Below the pieces are notes generated by a model. That model made no database searches. It was not told the origin of the DNA and saw only the letters and a program-made list of their open reading frames with translations. Source: Candidatus Woesearchaeota archaeon (GTDB lineage: Archaea > Nanobdellota > Nanobdellia > Woesearchaeales > ARS49). Taken from it: a DNA stretch of 64,000 bases. Position 1 is the first letter of the stretch; every line of letters starts with the position of its first letter. The position numbers were made by a program, and so were the translations under genes. Where the stretch lies: assembly GCA_016188265.1 (NCBI GenBank), contig JACPID010000001.1:1674-65673 (forward strand), given 5' to 3'. Of this stretch, positions 1 to 9,956 are shown one piece after another.

Positions 1-900
1 ACTACTCTGCTGTTTGCTTTATTATCAATAATTTTAAAACCACCAGTTTGTGCTATTTTTTGTGCAAAGTTTTGTATTTCTTCATGTGTTGGCATTGCAT
101 CAATAGTTAATCTTTCTCTACTGTGCCCAATCCACATGTATCCTTTAAGTTCAACAAAAGTCATGTCAAGTTTGCTTAAGAATTTACCCCATAATTCAGG
201 TTCTACCATATTGTAGCCTTTTGTTAATGTTAAGCGCACAACACTTCTATTAAACTCTCCTAACTTGTTTAGTGTTGCTTGTAAATTATCCCATGCTTGC
301 TTTGGCAGAGGCATTGCTGTTTTTTCGTAAATCGCTTTTGCAGGACCGTACACGCTTACATAAATTTGTGTTGGTTGATGTTTTGTAAGTTTGTCAATCA
401 TTTCAGGAATAGTACCATTAGTAACAAGAAATGAACTTATTTTTTTTTCTTTAAGCACATCAATCATTTCAGGAAGTTTTGGATACATTGTTGGTTCTCC
501 TGTAAGAGAAATTGCAAAATGCAGGGGGTCTCTTGTTTGTTTAAAACGTTCTTGGTCTGTTCTCTCATTGCCTTTAAATCCATTAAGCAATCCTTGCCAC
601 GCTTTAATGCATCCTTCAACAATATCTTTAGGATTATCAACAGGGCCAATCCATTTAGGCCAAGAATATTTAGTATTGCGCCAGCAGAAAACGCAGCGGT
701 GATCACAAAGCCATGTTGGGCTCATTTCAACACAGCCCCAACTTTTAATGCCATAAAACTGGCATTTGTAACAAACATCTTCACTTTTCAAAGATTTTTT
801 AGTCCAGTGGCAGACTTTAACAACAGAATGATTGCCCACTACTCTGTATCCTTGATTTTCTAAATCTTTTTTTTCTAAATTACTTATTGTTGTTATTGCC
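1..900 (-). CDS. taw1: tRNA 4-demethylwyosine synthase Taw1/TYW1 (radical SAM), 3' end runs off the window
   Basis: Minus-strand ATG at 900..898. By-eye translation gives MAITTISNLEKK...CHWTK...CDHRCVFCWRN (radical-SAM CxxxCxxC) ...SLTGEPTMYP. Not in the ORF track because no stop lies within the window. Confidence 0.7.
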
Positions 901-947
901 ATTGTCTTAGTATCTTACCATTTGCTTTACCTGCAGACTACCAACTG

Positions 948-1502
948 TTGACCGACTATATAGTTGCCATAAATTATATAAAGCTTATATATTATTTCCA
1001 GCAAATGACATTACATTCTGCTCTTGAGAAAGTTCTTTCTTCAGAAATGTTTCGTTCATGGATATCTTTGCACTCTAAAGCTTTTCTTGCTCATGCTTTT
1101 TTAATGAGTGAAAATGCGTGGCAGTTTGGATGGTATAATCCTGATAATAACAAAATAACAACCTTTATTGTTGAAAAGGATATTAGTAAAATTGAAAATC
1201 AGGAAATTTTTTCCACAGGAGAGCCTGTTAAACCATTGCCAGTTGATAAAGTTAAAGTTACTGAAACAATTGCAATACAAAAAGCTAAAGAAGTTTTAGA
1301 AAAAAATTATAATAATGAACAAGTTTTGAAAATTTTTCTTCTGTTACAACTTTTAGGTGAACTGCCAATTTACACAATTACTTTTTTCACAAAATCACTT
1401 AATGCAATTACTGTCAAAATCTCAGCCATCGACGGAAAAACAGCGTCACACACTAAGAGTAGTTTCACAGACTTCTCAAGAGTAACAACACAACAACTGT
1501 AG
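948..1502 (+). CDS. hypothetical protein
   Basis: 184-aa ORF with no recognisable motifs. It lies in the otherwise non-coding span between taw1 and tmk. Confidence 0.2.
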   Translation: MTDYIVAINYIKLIYYFQQMTLHSALEKVLSSEMFRSWISLHSKAFLAHAFLMSENAWQFGWYNPDNNKITTFIVEKDISKIENQEIFSTGEPVKPLPVDKVKVTETIAIQKAKEVLEKNYNNEQVLKIFLLLQLLGELPIYTITFFTKSLNAITVKISAIDGKTASHTKSSFTDFSRVTTQQL

Positions 1503-1771
1503 TCTATATTTTTTTTGCTCTATTTTATTGTTCAACATTATTTATAAATAAGAAATTCTAAAATTTTGTTACATAGTAACACAAAAAGAGGTCAAGTCAA
1601 CACTGCCCTTGTTGACGCAGCGGGGATAAATCCTCGCTTGTTAAAAAAGAAAGAGAGGTGTAGCTCTATGCAAGCAGTAAACTGGAAACAAGTTCGTGAA
1701 AATAAAAATCTCAGCTCTTTTTTAGAAGAAGAAAGTGAAGAAAAAAGTAAAGAAGAATAGTTTAACAAAAA

Positions 1772-2413
1772 TCATTTCAACTCCTCCATAACATATTCTT
1801 TTAGTTCTTCATGAACTTCTTGAACAAGCCTATTTGCATCTATTATTAATATGTTTTCTTCAGGCAATTGTGATTGAAGTTTAAGATAATTTTCTCTCAG
1901 CTGTTTTTGAAATTCAATTTTTTCAAATACTTCTTTATATTCTCTTCCACTGTCTTTTGCAATTCTTTGTAATGCTATCTCAGCAGGAATATCAAGAATA
2001 AATACTATGTTTGGAACTATTAATCCTTTGTGCATATCAATAAGTTTTTGCAAAAAAATACCTTGTGTTTGCTGGTATGCAAGTGTTGAATATTTATAGC
2101 GATCGCTCACAATTATTCTTCCATGATGTAGCGCTGGCGCAATGAGGTTTGAGCAGTGTTCTTTTCTATCTTCAACAAATAGTTCTGCAAGTTGTTCTGC
2201 ATTTTCTTTAGGATCTTTGCTTTCTTTAAGAATACGCCTTATTTCGCGTGTATAGACAGTATTGTCTGGCTCTCTGGTCAAAATAATTGTAAAATATTTA
2301 TTATTATCAAACAGCCAATTTGCTAGTAACTTGATTTGAGTTCCTTTACCAGAGCCATCTAAGCCATCCAATACAATAAACAATCCATCATTAAGTACTT
2401 TTTCAAGAGTCAC
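1772..2413 (-). CDS. tmk: thymidylate kinase
   Basis: P-loop LDGLDGSGKGTQ and dTMP-kinase length and layout. Confidence 0.8.
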   Translation of the reverse strand: MTLEKVLNDGLFIVLDGLDGSGKGTQIKLLANWLFDNNKYFTIILTREPDNTVYTREIRRILKESKDPKENAEQLAELFVEDRKEHCSNLIAPALHHGRIIVSDRYKYSTLAYQQTQGIFLQKLIDMHKGLIVPNIVFILDIPAEIALQRIAKDSGREYKEVFEKIEFQKQLRENYLKLQSQLPEENILIIDANRLVQEVHEELKEYVMEELK

Positions 2414-2417
2414 TTTT

Positions 2418-2957
2418 TTAACGCCTCACGTATGTTGCAAATGAATAACCTGCATGATCTTCTCTTTTAATTTCTTTCCAGATTTCATCTATTTTTGGAA
2501 AAAATGCATCAGCATCATCAACCACTTGATCAACATGAGTTATTTCTAAACAATCTGTTAAAGGCATGGCTTTTTTGTAAACGTTTTCTCCACCTATAAT
2601 GTAAGCAGGTCTATGAATTAAAATCTCCATTGCAGCGGAGTATAGTAGTTCTGTAGAATGTATTGCTTCGTCTAATGAGTTAACAATAACAATACCTTCT
2701 TCAAAATAATCTTTTTGTCTTGTGAGAACAATGTTTAAACGATTTTTCAAAGGTCTGAAATTTTTAGGTATGCTTTCATAAGTTTTTCTACCCATGATTA
2801 TTGCATGATTTTTAGTTAATTGCTTAAATCTCTTCAAATCTTCAGGAATATGCCACGGAATTTTTCCATTTTTTCCAATAGGATATCCTTTAGTTTCAAC
2901 ATAGTTTTTTGCTACGGCTGCAATGATTGTTAATTTCATTTTAAACTGCAATTTCAA
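2418..2957 (-). CDS. folA: dihydrofolate reductase
   Basis: IIAAVAKN...IGKNGKIPWHIPEDLKRFKQLTKNHAIIMGRKTYESIP, the classic DHFR N-terminus. Overlaps thyA by 17 nt. Confidence 0.8.
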   Translation of the reverse strand: MKLQFKMKLTIIAAVAKNYVETKGYPIGKNGKIPWHIPEDLKRFKQLTKNHAIIMGRKTYESIPKNFRPLKNRLNIVLTRQKDYFEEGIVIVNSLDEAIHSTELLYSAAMEILIHRPAYIIGGENVYKKAMPLTDCLEITHVDQVVDDADAFFPKIDEIWKEIKREDHAGYSFATYVRR

Positions 2958-3807
2958 ATTTTATTGCTGGGTGGCTTTGATAATTAACAATCTTTGTATT
3001 ATTATGAGTCCAATTCCAGATTGATGTAAAGTTTTCAGTAATGATTTCAGGCAATTGCAATGGTTCTCTTTTTAATTGTTCTTCAGATCTTTCAATATGG
3101 TTTAAGTAAATATGTGTGTCTCCTAAAAATCCTGTTAATGTTCCTTCTTTTAAATTAGCCTCTTTTGCTAACAAGTGCAGCAGTGTTGCATAACTTGCAA
3201 TATTAAAAGGCAATCCCAACATTGTGTCTACGCTTCTTTGATACCATATTAAATCTAGTTTTCCACTCTGCACTATTGTTTGATATAATAAATGGCAGGG
3301 AGGTAATGCCATTTGATCTAACTGTTCAGGATTCCAAGAACTTACAATTATTCTTCTATCATTGGGCTTATTTTTCAATTTATCAATCATTTGTTCTAAT
3401 TGATCAACCCCTTTTCTAGTATAATCTGTTTGTTCACCAACATAATCTGCATTCCAGTGCCTCCATTGAAATCCATAAATTGGTCCTAAATCTTGTTCTT
3501 CTAACATTTTTTTTTTTGTTTCACCATCATGAGAATAAGGCACTTTCTTAGGATTGCACCATTCATCCCAAATATGACATCCATTTTCTTGATACCATTT
3601 CTTGTTAGTTATCCCTTTGATAAAGCCCTCTAATTCAACTTTCACACTTTTATAAGCCATTTTTTTTGTTGTTAATAAAGGAAATCCTTGACTCATATTG
3701 TGTTGAAATCTTTCTCCAGTTATACCTATTGTTCCAACACCAGTTCTATCTAGTTTTTCAACACCATTTTCCAAAATGTTTTGAACAATTCTTAAGTATT
3801 CTTTCAT
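2941..3807 (-). CDS. thyA: thymidylate synthase (folate-dependent ThyA)
   Basis: ThyA motifs: PLLTTKK, catalytic-Cys region LPPCHLLYQ, FNIASYATLLHLLA. Confidence 0.85.
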   Translation of the reverse strand: MKEYLRIVQNILENGVEKLDRTGVGTIGITGERFQHNMSQGFPLLTTKKMAYKSVKVELEGFIKGITNKKWYQENGCHIWDEWCNPKKVPYSHDGETKKKMLEEQDLGPIYGFQWRHWNADYVGEQTDYTRKGVDQLEQMIDKLKNKPNDRRIIVSSWNPEQLDQMALPPCHLLYQTIVQSGKLDLIWYQRSVDTMLGLPFNIASYATLLHLLAKEANLKEGTLTGFLGDTHIYLNHIERSEEQLKREPLQLPEIITENFTSIWNWTHNNTKIVNYQSHPAIKFEIAV

Positions 3808-3811
3808 GTTA

Positions 3812-4642
3812 TCATTTCTTTTTCAAATCTTTCGACAATCTTGGAAGCATTGCATAAGGCGTCCATGACGATTTTAATTCTTCAAGAGTTTTTCCCTGCT
3901 GATATTTTCCTTTTGAAGTATAATCATCACCTAATATTTCTTCTACTTCCATAAAAACAACTTGCCCGATTTTTGCTCCAACTGGAAGCACTATCTTTTT
4001 ATCAGAATTATTTGTTATTTCTAAAGTCCACCTGTTAAAATAAGGCACATCTCCCCATCCTGCGCATTTTGCTATTTCTATAAAATTGCGCCCCCATGAA
4101 GAGCGCGCTTTCATCATTGTTGTAACATTTCTTCCACTGCCACCAATATACTCTTGAGTGTGCGCAAGAATTGTTTCTTTTGGTTCAAGTAAAATGATTT
4201 GAGAATTAGGAGTTACTAAAGTGTTTTTTCCAAAAACATCTTCAAAAAAAAGTTTTGTCCATGCTTGATGTCTTGCGTATGTTTGTGATCTTAATTCTTC
4301 AAATAATTCCAGTGCAGTTTTAGCATATAAAGGTTCACCCCATACCTTGCTTACATGTTCATCATTATAAGGGTTATAAATATTAAATGGAAGCTCAACT
4401 TTCTGTTCTCTGAAATAATTTTCTCCAAGAGAAACATCATAGCTTGATGTGTTTAATTTTTTTTCATCAAATGGGTGTATTGTTATTGTTTTATTTTCTA
4501 AATGCCTTAAAATTGCAGTGTTTGAAAGCACAGATCGTGTTCCATATTTTTCAACAAGTGAATTAATAACTAGTTTTAATTTAGGTTCAATATCTAATTC
4601 TTTAATTAATTCTTCTAGATCTTTTTTAGTTAAATCTGCCAT
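3812..4642 (-). CDS. dcd: dCTP deaminase family protein (long form)
   Basis: C-terminal half aligns by eye with E. coli Dcd: ARSSWGR (GRSSLAR) and GWGDVPYFNRWTLEITNNSDKKIVLPVGAKIGQVVF. Carries an N-terminal extension of about 70 aa. Confidence 0.65.
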   Translation of the reverse strand: MADLTKKDLEELIKELDIEPKLKLVINSLVEKYGTRSVLSNTAILRHLENKTITIHPFDEKKLNTSSYDVSLGENYFREQKVELPFNIYNPYNDEHVSKVWGEPLYAKTALELFEELRSQTYARHQAWTKLFFEDVFGKNTLVTPNSQIILLEPKETILAHTQEYIGGSGRNVTTMMKARSSWGRNFIEIAKCAGWGDVPYFNRWTLEITNNSDKKIVLPVGAKIGQVVFMEVEEILGDDYTSKGKYQQGKTLEELKSSWTPYAMLPRLSKDLKKK

Positions 4643-4759
4643 AAAACCATCCTTTTATACAAAAATACTGACTATGCTTTTTAATGTTTTATAGTGTTAA
4701 ATTTGTAGGTTAAATACTTTATTTTAGAATCTCGCTTTTTATTTTCTTGTCTTGAAATT

Positions 4760-5071
4760 TCATGATTTAACACTCATTTCTAACAGTTTTGGGTTATGCG
4801 TCCATAATACCGAACCATCTTTATCAATAACTATTTTCCCAGAACTTTCCAAATAATTAAGAATTATTTTAAAAGTTTGATACATTATTTTTTTAGGTAA
4901 AGACTTCCATAACTGCATCTTATTAGGATACTCTCCTGATTTTTTAATTGCATTTTCTACCATTAAAATAGTATCCAAACGAGGATAATGTATAACTTCA
5001 ACTTTTTGTTTTTTCATTAATAATTGCATTTCAACCACCTTGCATAAACTTATATAATTATATAAACGCAT
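4760..5071 (-). CDS. small winged-helix-like protein, paralog of 15575..15859
   Basis: PRLDTILMVENAIKKSGEYPNKMQLWKSLPKKIMYQTFKIILNYLE matches PTLDTVLMVERIIEENSGEYNRTELWKNLPRKVMWQTFLVILDYLE at the second locus. Confidence 0.5.
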   Translation of the reverse strand: MRLYNYISLCKVVEMQLLMKKQKVEVIHYPRLDTILMVENAIKKSGEYPNKMQLWKSLPKKIMYQTFKIILNYLESSGKIVIDKDGSVLWTHNPKLLEMSVKS

Positions 5072-5193
5072 ATAATATATAAATCTTTTGTTTAAAAACC
5101 AGAAAAACTCACCATATCTTTAGCGAGTTGTAAATTTGCAAATCTCTTGTGTTTCTTTGAGTAAATAGCTTTTCTATAAATATTTAGAGAGAA

Positions 5194-5934
5194 TTATTCT
5201 TTTGCTGTTTGCCATAATATGTTGAAGTAGGATTTGAATGACGCGCTTATTTCTTTGCTTTGTATTAGTATTGCAAATGGTCTGTCTCCTGCTAACCATA
5301 AGAGTAGAACCGTTTTATTTCCATAAATATATATAGTCATAGGGCTTTCATGTGTTTTAGGAAGATATTTTACTTCTGTTAAAGAATAAGTCTTAAATTC
5401 TTCACCTAGTTTGACTCCTTCTCCTGTTTGGTTAATGAGTGTTTTAAGTTTTATTTTGTTTTTTATTCTTTCTTTATGAAATCTCTGAATAAAAAATAAT
5501 GGTAAGATCTGTCTACTTTTTCCTGTGGTTCCTATGGCAAACCAATCTTTTCTGGTTCTTAGAATATCATTAAGAATTGTTTTCATTCCTTCTTTATCTT
5601 CATAAACTTCAACAAATGGCTTTGAGAATGCTATTTGATGAAACGCTTTAAGATTAGGTAAAATGCTTAATATAGAATGTTCTTTTTCTTTTAAGTAATC
5701 TAAAATCTTTTCAGGAGGTGCTGCATGAAAAAATTTAATATTATTTTTGACAACATAAGAAACCAATCCGCGGCTTATGAGACTTCTTAATGTATCGTAT
5801 AGGTGTGTTCTGGATTCATTTGTTTTCTTTGCTATATCCGCTACAGTTGCTTCTTGGAGCTGTAATAGTGCTAAATATGCGTCGGCCTCTCTGTTTGATA
5901 GTCCAATTCTTATTAATTGATCTTTCTCGCTCAT
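5194..5934 (-). CDS. TrmB-family HTH transcriptional regulator (paralog 1)
   Basis: N-terminal TrmB wHTH: LSNREADAYLALLQLQEATVADIAKKTNESRTHLYDTLRSLISRGLV. Confidence 0.7.
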   Translation of the reverse strand: MSEKDQLIRIGLSNREADAYLALLQLQEATVADIAKKTNESRTHLYDTLRSLISRGLVSYVVKNNIKFFHAAPPEKILDYLKEKEHSILSILPNLKAFHQIAFSKPFVEVYEDKEGMKTILNDILRTRKDWFAIGTTGKSRQILPLFFIQRFHKERIKNKIKLKTLINQTGEGVKLGEEFKTYSLTEVKYLPKTHESPMTIYIYGNKTVLLLWLAGDRPFAILIQSKEISASFKSYFNILWQTAKE

Positions 5935-6033
5935 TTTAGCATCTTAATTGCTTTTTTTATTTAAATCTTTACTTTATTAGTCCATTAATGGACAAATATG
6001 TTTTTTATACTATGACTATTGTGTAGTGATTAA

Positions 6034-6786
6034 ATGATGCTTTTAAATAAGGTTGGGATTGTAACAGGATCTTCCCGAGGAATTGGAAGAGCAACAGCAA
6101 TAGAAGCAGCTAGAAAAGGTGCTAAGATAGTCATTAACTATAAAGAAGACGTTGAATCAGCCCAAAAAACATTAGAGCACGTTGAACAAGCAGGCAGTCA
6201 AGCAATTATTGTACGAGCTGACGTTTCTCAACAAGATCAAGTTGAAAAATTAGTAGATACAAGTTTTAAAAGATTTGGCAGAATTGATTTTTTAGTTAAT
6301 AATGCCGGAATTATAAGAGATTCTTTGATTGAAAACATGAGTTTTGAAGATTGGGATGCAGTGATTAGAACTAACTTGTATGGCCCTTTTTACATTATAA
6401 AATATGCAATACCTTACTTAAAACAAAGTAAAGGTGCCATTGTTAATGTATCTTCAAGTGCAGGTAAAAGAGGAACATTCGGTCAAGCTAATTATGCAGC
6501 AAGCAAGTCTGGTCTTGAAGCACTTACAAGAGTTGCAGCAAGAGAACTAGGAAGGCATGGTGTTAGAGTTAATGCAGTTTCTCCACCTTTTATCAAAACA
6601 GATTCTTTTTACAGACACAAGAAAAAAGAAGTTATTGAACAAAGAGCTGTGGGAGAAAGTGCTCTTGGAACTCACGGAGATCTTGAGGATTTTGCTAATT
6701 TTATTATTTATTTATTATCAGATAGAACCAAAAATGTTACTGGAAAAACATTTTGGTTTGATTCAAGAATGTACACACTAAAATGA
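6034..6786 (+). CDS. fabG: SDR oxidoreductase, 3-oxoacyl-ACP reductase FabG-like
   Basis: GIVTGSSRGIGRATA (TGxxxGIG) plus NNAG and the catalytic YAASKSG (YxxxK) motif. Confidence 0.75.
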   Translation: MMLLNKVGIVTGSSRGIGRATAIEAARKGAKIVINYKEDVESAQKTLEHVEQAGSQAIIVRADVSQQDQVEKLVDTSFKRFGRIDFLVNNAGIIRDSLIENMSFEDWDAVIRTNLYGPFYIIKYAIPYLKQSKGAIVNVSSSAGKRGTFGQANYAASKSGLEALTRVAARELGRHGVRVNAVSPPFIKTDSFYRHKKKEVIEQRAVGESALGTHGDLEDFANFIIYLLSDRTKNVTGKTFWFDSRMYTLK

Positions 6787-8012
6787 CCCGAAAAATAGTA
6801 GTTACTGGAATTGGAACAATATCCTCCACAGGAAAAGATAAAGAAGAGTTATGGACTAATTTACTTAATGGTAGGTCTGGAATTAAAACAATTACTCAGT
6901 TTGATGTTTCTAAGTTCCAAACAAGAATTGGTGGAGAAATTAACCCAACTATTGTTGAACTTTTTTTACAAAGAGAAAGAAGACCTTTAGATTTATGTGC
7001 TGGTTATGCTTTATACGCTGCAGATCAAGCAATTAAAGATTCAGGAATAGAATTATATAAGGTTGATGCCGAGAGAGTTGGAGTAGTTATTGGTTCTTCA
7101 AAAGGACCATTTGCAACAATATGCAGTGCAATAAGAAAAATAAGCGTAGAAATACCTATTGATTCTTATCATTTGTCTGATTGTTGTCATGGGAGTTTAT
7201 CAACGACTATTGCTATAAAATATGGCTTAAAGGGAGTAAATCATTTGATTTCCTCAACTTCTGCGTCTTCAGCTCACGCTATAGGTTTGGCTTTTGAAAA
7301 AATAAAGTATGGCAAACAAGATGTTGTAGTTTGTGGTGGTGCAGAAAATCCATTGCTTCCTGAGATTTTTGCTATGTATGAAGCAACGAGAATCATGTCC
7401 AGAAAAAATGAAAACCCGGAAAGAGCTTGCAAACCATTTGATAAAGAAAGGGATGGTATTGTTTTAGGGGACGGTGCAGGAATCCTTATTCTAGAAGAGT
7501 TAGAACATGCAAAAAGAAGAGGAGCTAATATTTATTGTGAACTTGCAGGTTATGGAGCGACTTCTGATGCTTATCATCCTGCAAGTATACCTCCTGATGC
7601 AAATGGAATGATTAGAGCAATGAAGTTAGCGTTACAAGAAGGAGAAATTAATCCTGAAGAAGTTGGATATATTAATCCTCATGGAACAGCAACAAGATTA
7701 AATGACAGAATGGAAACCTTAGCAATTAAAAGGCTGTTTGGTCAAAGATCTAGCCAAATACCTGTTAGCTCAACAAAATCTATTACTGGGCATTTATCAG
7801 GAGCTTCAGCAAGTTTAGAAGCAGTAATTTGCAGTTTAGTAATTTCTAGAGGAATTATTCCTCCAACAATTAACTATCAAAATCCTGATCCAGATTGCGA
7901 TTTGGATTATGTTCCAAATCAAGCAAGAGAGCAAAAAGTTGATGTTATTCTTAAAAACTCTCTTGGTTTCGGAGGAACAAATGCATCATTAGTATTCAAC
8001 AGGTACTATTAA
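6783..8012 (+). CDS. beta-ketoacyl synthase (FabF/FabB-like KAS) with Ser in place of the nucleophilic Cys
   Basis: KIVVTGIGTISSTG N-terminus, INPHGTATRLND and GHLSGASASLEA His motifs, GFGGTNASLVF C-terminus. The active-site block reads LISSTSASSAHAIG and contains no Cys. Confidence 0.75.
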   Translation: MTRKIVVTGIGTISSTGKDKEELWTNLLNGRSGIKTITQFDVSKFQTRIGGEINPTIVELFLQRERRPLDLCAGYALYAADQAIKDSGIELYKVDAERVGVVIGSSKGPFATICSAIRKISVEIPIDSYHLSDCCHGSLSTTIAIKYGLKGVNHLISSTSASSAHAIGLAFEKIKYGKQDVVVCGGAENPLLPEIFAMYEATRIMSRKNENPERACKPFDKERDGIVLGDGAGILILEELEHAKRRGANIYCELAGYGATSDAYHPASIPPDANGMIRAMKLALQEGEINPEEVGYINPHGTATRLNDRMETLAIKRLFGQRSSQIPVSSTKSITGHLSGASASLEAVICSLVISRGIIPPTINYQNPDPDCDLDYVPNQAREQKVDVILKNSLGFGGTNASLVFNRYY

Positions 8013-8013
8013 T

Positions 8014-8577
8014 ATGATTGAACAATTATCAAGATATCAAGCATTGTTGGAAAAACGAATAAATCAAGGACTAATTAAAAGAGAAGATGTTCCAGAAAAT
8101 CTAACTGATAAGATTGTTTTAGAGAAATTGTTAGGAGTTAGCGAAGAGTATGGACGGATTCCTTTATGTTTTGAAGAAATTAATGTTGGAGACTTATGCA
8201 GGTTACCAAAAGTAAGAATAACTCAGGAAATGCGTGATAGACACGTGCAGATTTATGGTGAAGATTGGCCAAACAAAAGGTTGGAAGAAGTAAGAAAACA
8301 AAAAATAATTCCTGCACCTATTGTTTTATCAACAATTGCCGGTCAAGGAGGAAGCGCGGGTTGGTTAAATGTATACTTAGCACACTCTTACACAGCAAGA
8401 TTTCTTAAACCTATTTTAGTCGGAGATACTATTGAAACTCTTTGTGAGATCATTGGAGTTTTACCTTGTAAAGACAAAAATCATGGTTTTGTAACAGTTC
8501 ACCAAGAAATATTTAATCAGCAGAGTGTTTTAACATATTTTAGAAACATAATTTATGCTGTACTCAAGAAATCCTAA
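8014..8577 (+). CDS. hypothetical protein, possible hotdog-fold partner of the KAS
   Basis: Abuts the KAS gene with a 1-nt gap. Weak MaoC-like resemblance around YGEDWPNKRL...IVLSTIAG. Confidence 0.3.
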   Translation: MIEQLSRYQALLEKRINQGLIKREDVPENLTDKIVLEKLLGVSEEYGRIPLCFEEINVGDLCRLPKVRITQEMRDRHVQIYGEDWPNKRLEEVRKQKIIPAPIVLSTIAGQGGSAGWLNVYLAHSYTARFLKPILVGDTIETLCEIIGVLPCKDKNHGFVTVHQEIFNQQSVLTYFRNIIYAVLKKS

Positions 8578-8868
8578 TCAAAAATTATTAGTGACATTAA
8601 GTGAGAGAAATCAACCCAAAAGACAGGTTTCTCTCCAATTTTTATTATTACTTAATCCCTCCATTATTTACATTCAAAATCTCTCTTAAAAAATAGTCCC
8701 TAAAACAGCATAGGATTATTTGAACTTACAGTTTAACCACTCACCACCAACCAAACTATGGGTTTATTTTAACATACAATCAAACCGACAATTTTTTAAT
8801 TTAAGGCAAAAAAATAATTGTTAAGCTAGTCTGGGAATGGCTGTTGTAATTAAAATCTAACTATTTTT

Positions 8869-9294
8869 TTAAGGTAAGTGCGTCAAAGAGTTATGCATTA
8901 GTTCTGCGCCTAATCCAAATAAACCCCAGAAGGGTGCGTAGCTTAGGCGAGTAAGTCCTGCGATTGTATCTGGTTTTCCTTTATAATGTTCTTCCCAAGG
9001 AGCTTCATTAAAAAATATTCTAAGTAAATAACCAGATATTAATTCACCAGTCATTATTAAACCAGCATACACTACTGCTCTTGAAAACACATTTATGTTA
9101 TTAATATTTAGTTCAGGTACAATATATTCAAACATTGGAGCCATTGCTGCATATATTGGAAACATAATAGGATAACTATAACCTGTTAAGTGCTTTTTTT
9201 TATTTGAAAAATAATCAAAAACAGAAGTGAACATAACTTCTGCAGTAACACCTAAAGAACCCATTATAATCATTTCAAGAGTAATATTTTTCAT
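8869..9294 (-). CDS. small integral membrane protein
   Basis: Several hydrophobic segments; no catalytic motifs recognised. Confidence 0.4.
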   Translation of the reverse strand: MKNITLEMIIMGSLGVTAEVMFTSVFDYFSNKKKHLTGYSYPIMFPIYAAMAPMFEYIVPELNINNINVFSRAVVYAGLIMTGELISGYLLRIFFNEAPWEEHYKGKPDTIAGLTRLSYAPFWGLFGLGAELMHNSLTHLP

Positions 9295-9395
9295 TAATTA
9301 AAAACTAATAAAAATTTATTTATAAGGCTTTTGAACAAGCAAACTATTCATTCTAGCAGATATAATTTTAAAAACTGTAAAAAAAAAAGATAATT

Positions 9396-9956
9396 ATGCT
9401 TATTGGTTTAACAAGTTTTATTGGGGCTGGAAAAGGAGTTGCTGCAGAGTATTTTGAAAAAAAAGGTTTTAAAAGAATACCTCTTAGTGATTTTTTGAGA
9501 GAAGAATGCATAAAAAGAGGATTAAGTGTTACTAGAAACATGCTTATTGAGATTGGCAATGAATTAAGATTAAATGAAGGCCCAGGTGTTTTAGCAAAGC
9601 TTGCTTTAAAATCTTTAAAAAATAATGAAAATGCAGTTATTGAATCCATTAGAAGTCCTGAAGAAATTAATGAATTAAGAAAAAGAAAAGATTTTATTTT
9701 AGTAAGCTTAATTTCAAGCCAGCAAATAAGATTTGAGCGTGTAAAATGCAGAGGAAGAGAAAATGATCCTCAAACATTTGAAGAATTTAAAAAACTAGAT
9801 GAGCGTGAAGCTAACAGAAAAGAAGCTCATGGCCAAAAAATTGCGCAGTGTATAGAACTTGCAGATGTTATGATTGTTAATGAAGGATTGTTTGAAGAAT
9901 TATATAAAAAACTTGATCAATTAGTTGAAAATGCTAAACACAAGCGATTATTGTAA
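9396..9956 (+). CDS. P-loop nucleotide kinase-like protein (dephospho-CoA kinase-like N-terminus, degenerate Walker A)
   Basis: MLIGLTSFIGAGKGVAAEYFEKKGF resembles the CoaE IGLTGGIGSGKS motif, but the Walker A is atypical. Confidence 0.35.
   Translation: MLIGLTSFIGAGKGVAAEYFEKKGFKRIPLSDFLREECIKRGLSVTRNMLIEIGNELRLNEGPGVLAKLALKSLKNNENAVIESIRSPEEINELRKRKDFILVSLISSQQIRFERVKCRGRENDPQTFEEFKKLDEREANRKEAHGQKIAQCIELADVMIVNEGLFEELYKKLDQLVENAKHKRLL

Noticed and set aside
8748-8775. CCACCAACC-type A/C-rich motifs in intergenic regions at 8748 and 20488
   Set aside because: There are only two loose occurrences with no defined spacing to starts. Chance in A/C-biased stretches is too likely.
9368-9649. 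Minus-strand ORF 9368..9649
   Set aside because: It lies fully inside the P-loop kinase-like gene on the other strand and is low complexity.
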